A stretch of DNA of 32,000 bases from Gammaproteobacteria bacterium (GTDB lineage: Bacteria; Pseudomonadota; Gammaproteobacteria; JBIOEC01): positions 630,001 through 662,000 of the forward strand of contig OZ257143.1 of assembly GCA_965279305.1 (NCBI GenBank). The letters are read 5' to 3'. This document shows, piece after piece, positions 1 through 5,898 of this stretch (its first letter is position 1; every line of letters starts with the position of its first letter). The position numbers and the translations under genes were made by a program. Below the pieces are notes generated by a model. It was not told the DNA's origin. It searched no databases and saw only the letters and a program-made list of their open reading frames with translations.

Positions 1-42
1 GGCATAAAAATTATTGCAGTCGACTAGCGCAAATATAGGCAT
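1..42 (-). CDS. umuC: Y-family translesion DNA polymerase UmuC-like; only the first 14 codons are in the window (gene runs off the left edge)
   Basis: Hand translation of the reverse complement of 1..42 gives MPIFALVDCNNFYA, matching the conserved UmuC N-terminus (FALxDxNxFYASCE). An AAGGA Shine-Dalgarno-like motif (complement of 49-53) lies 6 nt upstream of the ATG. Absent from the ORF track because it is truncated. Confidence 0.55.
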   Translation of the reverse strand, partial: MPIFALVDCNNFYA

Positions 43-101
43 GATGGTTCCTTGCTTTTAATAAAGAATATCGTACAATAATCAAAATAGCAAGGTAGAA
101 T

Positions 102-890
102 TTAGGGGATGTGGGCGTGAGTGATAAGGCCAGCGAGTGTCCAGGCTTTTAATAATGAAGCCGCGCGTAGTGCAATATGTTCATCTTCTTGTGAATAGTT
201 AGCTAAGCCTTCACATATTTCTCCAAAGGTAGCGCCTGCTTGCATGGCATCGATAGCCCAGGCTTCATCTTCTGCTATAGAGCAAAAGTGATTCATTAAA
301 TCGTTTCGCCAAAAAATCCAAGGTACAGGTGTTTCATTTATTTCAGGCGCAGGCGGATCTTCTTCATTATTTAAGGCTTGCCATAGCGCTACTACATTCC
401 ACGATAAATTGACGCGATGCAAAGAAGGATGCGGCTGTAATTTCATATTTATCCAATCGTTAGGTGATATATGAGACAGCGTTTCTATAGATATACTCTG
501 TGCATTTTCTGAATCAAATACCAGCGCCATTAACCATTCTATTTGTGCTAGTTCGGCTAGGTATGGATAGTTTTGATAAACACGGTGTTGTTTTAAAAAA
601 ACAGCTAAATGATCTCCAAACCAGCGGATAGAACGAAAGGTAGAAGGATAAACATCGGCATATTCATTTCCCAAAGTGTTAAATCTTTCCTCTCCCATAT
701 AGATTAAAAGGGCTGGATAGGTAATGGTTAATGTTTCAATTAAACGAGATTTGTAAGCATGGGCATAAATAGCTAAGCGTTTTTCTGCAGAGACATTTTT
801 TGTGCTGACAATGGAATTTTTAATTTGTAGTTTTTGTGGATCTAATAAGTGTTGTTGAAATGCGTTTTGTAATAAGGGTAGTTCGCTCAT
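102..890 (-). CDS. DUF2063 domain protein, BufC/HvfC-like partner of the MNIO enzyme in RiPP maturation
   Basis: 262-aa ORF whose start overlaps the stop of the upstream DUF692 gene by 4 nt (887-890). N-terminus LLQNAFQQHLLDP and overall length are typical of DUF2063. DUF692-DUF2063 pairing is the established bufferin/Hvf/methanobactin-like arrangement. Confidence 0.75.
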   Translation of the reverse strand: MSELPLLQNAFQQHLLDPQKLQIKNSIVSTKNVSAEKRLAIYAHAYKSRLIETLTITYPALLIYMGEERFNTLGNEYADVYPSTFRSIRWFGDHLAVFLKQHRVYQNYPYLAELAQIEWLMALVFDSENAQSISIETLSHISPNDWINMKLQPHPSLHRVNLSWNVVALWQALNNEEDPPAPEINETPVPWIFWRNDLMNHFCSIAEDEAWAIDAMQAGATFGEICEGLANYSQEDEHIALRAASLLKAWTLAGLITHAHIP

Positions 891-1738
891 GCCGGTGTTT
901 CCATAGCTAAATGGTGTTTTGCTATTTGACGTGCATGATTAAGTTCTTTTATAAGCTCTTCTAGAGGAGGAATATGATCATCACGCTCAATCATAGTAGA
1001 AATGGGGCCAAAACGTTTTAGTGTTTTGTCATAGAGATCCCAGACCGGATCGACAATAGGATGATCATGTGTATCAATAATGCAATCATCTAAACGAGAA
1101 TGTCCTGCTAAATGAATTTGAAACACTCTATCTAACGGCAATGCGTTAATATAATCTACAGGATTAAATTCATGATTAACGGAACTTACATAAACATTAT
1201 TAACATCTAATAAAATAAGACAATCCGCTTTTTCGGCAATAGCAGATAAAAATTCCCATTCAGACATTACCGATTGTTGATAGGTAATATAGCTCGAGAG
1301 ATTTTCAATTAAGATGCGTTGTCCTAAAAAATCTTGTACTTGATGTATACGAGAAGCAACATGATTGATGGCTTCTTCTGTGTAAGGTAATGGTAATAAA
1401 TCATGCATGTTTTTTTGATCAACACCTGTCCAACAAAGATGATCCGATAACCATTGAGGTTTTACCCGCTCCATTAAAGTTTTCACTTGGCGCAAATAAT
1501 CCCAATCGATAGGATCGGTGCTGCCTATCGATAAAGACACACCATGCATTACCATAGGATATTTTTCGCGAATTCGATCCAGATAATATAACGGTTTGCC
1601 GCCAGGAACTAAGTAATTTTCGGTTAAAATTTCGAGCCAATCTACAGGAGGGTTGTTATTCAAAATAGCCTCGTAATGATCGGGTCTTAAACCTAATCCG
1701 AAGCCTAAAAATTTTTTGTGTGGGGTTGAATATGTCAT
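887..1738 (-). CDS. DUF692 (UPF0276) multinuclear non-heme iron oxidase (MNIO), BufB/HvfB/MbnB-like peptide-modifying enzyme
   Basis: 283-aa ORF with family-typical motifs: GFGLGLRPDHY, WLEILTENY, MHGVSLSIGS, SDHLCW, HDLLPLPYTEEA, LIENLSSY, LLDVNNVYVSSVNH, HLAGH, IDTHDHPI and MIERDD. Confidence 0.9.
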   Translation of the reverse strand: MTYSTPHKKFLGFGLGLRPDHYEAILNNNPPVDWLEILTENYLVPGGKPLYYLDRIREKYPMVMHGVSLSIGSTDPIDWDYLRQVKTLMERVKPQWLSDHLCWTGVDQKNMHDLLPLPYTEEAINHVASRIHQVQDFLGQRILIENLSSYITYQQSVMSEWEFLSAIAEKADCLILLDVNNVYVSSVNHEFNPVDYINALPLDRVFQIHLAGHSRLDDCIIDTHDHPIVDPVWDLYDKTLKRFGPISTMIERDDHIPPLEELIKELNHARQIAKHHLAMETPA

Positions 1739-1754
1739 CGTGTTTTAGAATTAA

Positions 1755-1785
1755 AAAGCGCGCTTAGACTAGCCAAACGCGCTTT
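1755..1785 (-). terminator. Hairpin between the precursor gene and the MNIO gene (possible partial terminator or attenuator)
   Basis: AAAGCGCG (1755-1762) pairs with CGCGCTTT (1778-1785) around a 15-nt loop. On the minus-strand RNA the GC core is followed by UUUUU and preceded by an A-tract. Confidence 0.4.
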
Positions 1786-1805
1786 ATTTTACAGCAGATG
1801 CATTA

Positions 1806-2090
1806 TTATTGATTATTTTGGTTCATATGATCTTTGATCATTGTGCCGCCTTTAGCTTTACAATCAGCTGCAGACATTTCCATAACGCCTTTACCTTTGC
1901 AAGAATTCATTCCTTTGCAAGAGTTCATTGATGTTTTGCATTGACCGTGGCCTTTACATGAGTTAACACCTTCACATTTAACCATGTGGTTTGTGCCCAT
2001 ATTAGCGTAAGCAGAAGAAGCAACAATTGCAGTAAATGCAAGAGCAGCGGCAGCAGCAACAGTTTTAGTAACAGACTTTGTATTGTTCAT
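1806..2090 (-). CDS. Sec-signal-bearing six-cysteine precursor peptide (bufferin / HvfA-like RiPP precursor)
   Basis: 94 aa. N-terminal signal peptide (KTVAAAAALAFTAIVASSAYA|N), then a 65-residue Lys/Met/His-rich region with 6 Cys in repeated contexts (VKCEG, NSCKG, GQCKT, NSCKG, NSCKG, ADCKA). GGAG Shine-Dalgarno 8 nt upstream. Lies directly upstream of the DUF692/DUF2063 genes. Confidence 0.85.
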   Translation of the reverse strand: MNNTKSVTKTVAAAAALAFTAIVASSAYANMGTNHMVKCEGVNSCKGHGQCKTSMNSCKGMNSCKGKGVMEMSAADCKAKGGTMIKDHMNQNNQ

Positions 2091-2148
2091 AAATTAGCTC
2101 CATTTGATTATGTTGATGACTAGTTTACTACTTAGTACTTCAAAATCG

Positions 2149-2176
2149 ATAATAGAGGTTTGGCATTAAAAGTCAA
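2149..2176 (-). promoter_or_regulatory. Putative sigma70 promoter for the precursor/MNIO operon
   Basis: On the minus strand: TTGACT (complement of 2171-2176), 16-nt spacer, TATTAT (complement of 2149-2154), about 55 nt upstream of the precursor ATG. Confidence 0.35.
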
Positions 2177-2205
2177 TATAAATAAAAGCGGCTATACTGA
2201 ATAAA

Positions 2206-2304
2206 ATGGAAAAACGTATGAATTTAAAACAATATCGCAGTAAAAGAAATTTTAATAAAACACCGGAGCCTAGCAAAAAAAAGAGTTTAGAAAAAGCTAA
2301 ATAA
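2206..2304 (+). pseudogene. Relic of the N-terminus of a LigD 3'-phosphoesterase domain (32 codons)
   Basis: Hand translation gives MEKRMNLKQYRSKRNFNKTPEPSKKKSLEKAK*. LxxYxxKRxFxxTPEP is the signature N-terminal motif of the bacterial NHEJ ligase LigD phosphoesterase domain. The ORF stops before the catalytic core and its last 8 nt overlap the pabA 3' end. Confidence 0.4.
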
Positions 2305-2866
2305 TGATTTTCAAAAAATTGTTAAGCAATTCATAGCCTTGCTCAGTTAATACCGATTCAGGATGAAACTGCACACCATATACCGGATACTCTTTATGCT
2401 GCAATGCCATAATTTCATTTTCATCGGATAAGGCGGTGATCTGTAAACAAGCCGGTAATGAATCTTTTTCAACAACAAGAGAATGATATCTTCCCGCTTG
2501 AAAAGGCTGTGAAAGACCTGCAAAAATACCTTCTTGTTTATGCGTAATCAGACTGCTTTTTCCATGCATAGGATTTTTAGCTTTAACCACTTTTCCTCCA
2601 AACGCTTGGCCAATTGCTTGATGGCCTAAACATACTCCTAGTATAGGAACTTTATTAGCAAATGCTCGAATGGTTTCCAAGGAAATTCCGGCTTCACTGG
2701 GTGTACAGGGGCCTGGAGAAATAATGATATGAGAAGGATTAAGCGCGGCGATTTGCTGCAATGAGGTTTGATCGTTTCGTAAAATAAGGCGTTCAAATCC
2801 TAATTGTCCTACATATCGCCCTAAGTTATGCACAAAAGAATCGTAATTATCAATAATTATAATCAT
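2297..2866 (-). CDS. pabA: Aminodeoxychorismate/anthranilate synthase component II (glutamine amidotransferase)
   Basis: 189 aa with class-I GATase motifs (IIIIDNYDSF, PILGVCLGHQ, HSL, FHPES). A 4-nt start/stop overlap with the upstream pabB-like gene. Confidence 0.85.
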   Translation of the reverse strand: MIIIIDNYDSFVHNLGRYVGQLGFERLILRNDQTSLQQIAALNPSHIIISPGPCTPSEAGISLETIRAFANKVPILGVCLGHQAIGQAFGGKVVKAKNPMHGKSSLITHKQEGIFAGLSQPFQAGRYHSLVVEKDSLPACLQITALSDENEIMALQHKEYPVYGVQFHPESVLTEQGYELLNNFLKIII

Positions 2867-4302
2867 ACATCTACCAATGCTTTTTTTAATGCTTGAGATT
2901 TAACTAGGGTTTCTTGGTATTCTTTTTTAGGATCAGAGTCTAAGGTAACCGCACCACCCGCTTGAAAAGTGACCGTATTATTTTGTATCGCAAATGTTCG
3001 AATAATAATAGACATATCCATATCACCGGTAAAACTAATAAAACCCAAACTTCCACAGTAAGGCCCTCGGGAATGTGGCTCTAGCTCTGCAATAATTTTC
3101 ATTGCTCGAATTTTAGGAGCGCCCGTAATAGAACCGCCAGGCAAAGTGGCTTTAAGTAAATCTATTGCATGCAAAGAAGGTTTTAATTGGCCTTTAATGA
3201 CAGATACTAAATGATGAACACTTTCATAAGTTTCTAGACCGCAAAGAGTTTCTACTACAATGCTATCATCTTCGCATACGCGCGATAAATCATTGCGCAT
3301 CAGATCTACAATCATGACATTTTCAGCGATGTCTTTTTTGCTTTGAATTAATTGAGCGCGCAATTGCTCATCTTGCTCTGGTGTGGATCCTCTTTTAATG
3401 GTTCCTTTGATGGGGCGTGTTTCTACCCTACCCTGACTCACAGAAATAAATCGTTCTGGAGAGGCGGATGCAATAATCGTATTACCCCAATTCATATAAG
3501 CCGAAAACGGCGCTGGGTTGGTGTAATGCAATTTTTCGTATAGTTTAAAAGGAGCAAAAGTATTGTCTAACGTAACAGTAAAACGCTGCGATAAATTCAC
3601 TTCAAAAATATCGCCTTCTCTAATGTAATACTGCGCTTTTTTAACAACATCCATATAGCTGTTTTCATTAAAATGAGAATAAATATCGCTGGCTGCACAA
3701 AAATGATGAGAAGGAATATTTTGTTTAGATGGAGAAGCTAATAAAATTTTTACTGTTTGTAAACGTTGTTGTGCACGTGCTTGTTGACGCTCTCCTACCC
3801 TTTCTGGGAAGCCCGTAGAAATAATCCAGCAGCGTTTTGTTTTATGATCAAAGCTAATCACCACATCATAAAAACCAATGGCCAGATCCGGAAAATTCAT
3901 ATCATCTATGGTGCTAGGTATTTCTTCTATATAGTGAGCCATTTCATAAGAAAAAAAACCAGCAGCTCCGCCTTGAAAAGGAGGTAACTCCGATGAAAGA
4001 GTTGGCATGGAAAAACAAATTAACTTTTCTTTTAATAGTGTAAAAGGGTCGATAACTTCGCTATTCTCTTCTAGCCAGTGTTTATTTTTGATGGTAATCG
4101 TTTCAAAAGGATCAAATACAATATAACTATATCGATTGGTTTCTTGAAAAGCATTTTTACTATTTGCGCTATCTAGAAAAATAGCGCCGGAGTGATGAGC
4201 GACCAATGAAAATAAAGCAATAGGTTCTGTGTAAGGAATTTCTTCAACACACGATGCTGGTAAAATATTTTTTGGTAAAACGTTAGAACGAGTGCACAAC
4301 AT
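2863..4302 (-). CDS. pabB: Aminodeoxychorismate synthase component I
   Basis: 479 aa chorismate-binding enzyme (FEVNLSQRF, SPERF, IKGT, MIVDLMRND, PGGSITGAPK, RGPYCGS). Paired with pabA. Confidence 0.8.
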   Translation of the reverse strand: MLCTRSNVLPKNILPASCVEEIPYTEPIALFSLVAHHSGAIFLDSANSKNAFQETNRYSYIVFDPFETITIKNKHWLEENSEVIDPFTLLKEKLICFSMPTLSSELPPFQGGAAGFFSYEMAHYIEEIPSTIDDMNFPDLAIGFYDVVISFDHKTKRCWIISTGFPERVGERQQARAQQRLQTVKILLASPSKQNIPSHHFCAASDIYSHFNENSYMDVVKKAQYYIREGDIFEVNLSQRFTVTLDNTFAPFKLYEKLHYTNPAPFSAYMNWGNTIIASASPERFISVSQGRVETRPIKGTIKRGSTPEQDEQLRAQLIQSKKDIAENVMIVDLMRNDLSRVCEDDSIVVETLCGLETYESVHHLVSVIKGQLKPSLHAIDLLKATLPGGSITGAPKIRAMKIIAELEPHSRGPYCGSLGFISFTGDMDMSIIIRTFAIQNNTVTFQAGGAVTLDSDPKKEYQETLVKSQALKKALVDV

Positions 4303-4798
4303 GAATAACTACACCCCAAATATACGCACCAGTTTCTGGATTAATTTCGATAGGAGAAAATTGTGGATTTTCTGGCATTAGCCATTGATGATTTTTTTTA
4401 ATACTCAAACGTTTTACTGTCAGCTGTCCATCTATTGCAGCAATGACAATTTTGCCATCAGTCGGTTCTAAACTTCTATCAACCACTAATAGATCACCTT
4501 CATGAATATTGGCACCTATCATGGAATCGCCGGTAGCACGCACTAAAAAAGTGGCGGCAGGATGTTTTATTAAATACTGATGTAAATCTAATTTTCCTTC
4601 CATAAAATCATCGGCAGGAGAAGGAAAGCCCGCTTGCACTTTTGAACTATATAAAGGTAATCGATGCCCACGATGTGCAATAAATTCCGATACTTCTGTG
4701 ACTAGGCTGAGTGGAATACGGATAGGTTTAGTCGATTCGCCATGAGGCCCCTGCCCTTTAGGTCTGCCTGCACCGGTTCGTGCGCCGCCTCTTGCCAT
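4283..4798 (-). CDS. umuD: UmuD-like S24 self-cleaving peptidase (polymerase V accessory subunit family) with a long Gly/Arg-rich N-terminal extension
   Basis: The C-terminal ~115 aa align by eye with E. coli UmuD: VQAG|FPSPADD cleavage region, GDSM catalytic Ser, TVKRL catalytic Lys, and WGVVIHVV. About 56 residues precede the predicted Ala-Gly cleavage site, versus 24 in E. coli UmuD. Confidence 0.8.
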   Translation of the reverse strand: MARGGARTGAGRPKGQGPHGESTKPIRIPLSLVTEVSEFIAHRGHRLPLYSSKVQAGFPSPADDFMEGKLDLHQYLIKHPAATFLVRATGDSMIGANIHEGDLLVVDRSLEPTDGKIVIAAIDGQLTVKRLSIKKNHQWLMPENPQFSPIEINPETGAYIWGVVIHVVHSF

Positions 4799-4843
4799 AA
4801 CGTACCTCTAATTAAAGAAAACTGCTCAGGTCTCATGAGAAGA

Positions 4844-4872
4844 AGAATAATGTGCAAAAATCAAAATGTCAA
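4844..4872 (-). promoter_or_regulatory. Putative sigma70 promoter of umuD-pabB-pabA
   Basis: On the minus strand: TTGACA (complement of 4867-4872), 17-nt spacer, TATTCT (complement of 4844-4849). AGAGGT Shine-Dalgarno before the ATG at 4798. Confidence 0.4.
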
Positions 4873-4903
4873 GCTTCCTATTTATGTGCGGATATCAAAA
4901 ATA

Positions 4904-4930
4904 TTAGCACTCTTCTCATCAAAGTGCTAA
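4904..4930. promoter_or_regulatory. Perfect 8-bp inverted repeat TTAGCACT-N11-AGTGCTAA in the umuD/rpoH divergent intergenic region
   Basis: Read directly: 4904-4911 is the reverse complement of 4923-4930. It ends 30 nt upstream of the rpoH ATG, upstream of the AAGGAGAG Shine-Dalgarno. Confidence 0.35.
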
Positions 4931-4959
4931 AATAGGCGTATTAAAGGAGAGACTATTTT

Positions 4960-5898
4960 ATGACGACAGCGTTAACCCTTTCCCAACAGCATTTACCTAC
5001 CCTGCCCTCCACCTTATTGGACGGCGCCTTAGCCGGCCCAGGCGGCAGTATTGATGCGTATATTAGTCGCGTCAGTAAGATTCCCATGCTTTCATTTGAA
5101 GAAGAACAACAACTGGCGCAACAGTGGTTCTATGAAGAAAACGTAGACGCGGCTAAACAATTGGTGATTAGCAATTTACGTTTTGTCGTACAAATTGCGC
5201 GCGGCTATATGGGATACGGATTAGCATTACCGGATTTAATTCAAGAAGGTAATGTGGGATTAATGAAAGCAGTTAAACGTTTTGATCCTGCTGTGGGTGT
5301 TCGTTTAGTGTCGTTTGCAGTGCATTGGATTAAATCGGAAATTCACGATTACGTTATTCGTAACTGGCGAATTGTGCGTATCGCTACTACCAAATCACAA
5401 CGTAAATTATTTTTTAAATTACGGGGCTCTAAAAAAAGATTAGGCTGGTTCACTGAAGATGAAATGAATCAAGTGGCTCAAGAATTAAATGTGAGCGTAA
5501 ATGATGTGCGTGAAATGGAAAAAAGATTGCAAGCGCATGACGATTCATTTGATTCAGAAGTATCAGATAGCGAAGAAGATAGCTACACATTATCTCCAGC
5601 GGATTATTTAACAAATGCAGAAGGTGATCCCTTGGTTCAGTTAGAGCAATGGGAAGAAGAGCAGCAAAAAGAAAAATCATTAGCTAAAATCTGGCAAGTA
5701 TTAACGCCTAGAGAGCAAGATATTATTCAATATCGTTGGTTGGCAGAAGAAAAATCTACTTTACATGATTTGGCTGCACGTTTTAATATTTCAGCAGAAA
5801 GAGTGCGCCAAGTAGAGCAGAATGCAATGAAAAAACTACAGAAATTGTTGCCATCAAGCGACAGTACGCTTGGCAATGCATTGAGCAGCGATTCGTAA
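4960..5898 (+). CDS. rpoH: RNA polymerase sigma-32 (heat-shock sigma factor)
   Basis: 312 aa with region 2 (LVISNLRFVVQIARGY, DLIQEGNVGLMKAVKRFDP), the RpoH box (QRKLFFKLR) and region 4.2 (ERVRQVEQNAMKKL). Confidence 0.92.
   Translation: MTTALTLSQQHLPTLPSTLLDGALAGPGGSIDAYISRVSKIPMLSFEEEQQLAQQWFYEENVDAAKQLVISNLRFVVQIARGYMGYGLALPDLIQEGNVGLMKAVKRFDPAVGVRLVSFAVHWIKSEIHDYVIRNWRIVRIATTKSQRKLFFKLRGSKKRLGWFTEDEMNQVAQELNVSVNDVREMEKRLQAHDDSFDSEVSDSEEDSYTLSPADYLTNAEGDPLVQLEQWEEEQQKEKSLAKIWQVLTPREQDIIQYRWLAEEKSTLHDLAARFNISAERVRQVEQNAMKKLQKLLPSSDSTLGNALSSDS

Noticed and set aside
1419-3987. Short ORFs 1419-1640 (-), 3352-3543 (+) and 3766-3987 (+) inside DUF692 and pabB
   Set aside because: They are alternative-frame or antisense ORFs embedded in genes with strong family motifs. 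They have no independent signals.
4742-4930. 62-aa + strand ORF spanning the umuD start and the intergenic region
   Set aside because: It is partly antisense to the umuD N-terminus and runs across the predicted umuD promoter and the inverted repeat. There is no Shine-Dalgarno and the composition is low-complexity Cys/Arg. It is probably spurious.
4799-4959. Search for an SOS (LexA) box controlling umuD
   Set aside because: No CTGT-N8-ACAG-type palindrome is present. The only strong palindrome (4904-4930) has a different sequence. I therefore make no LexA-regulation claim.
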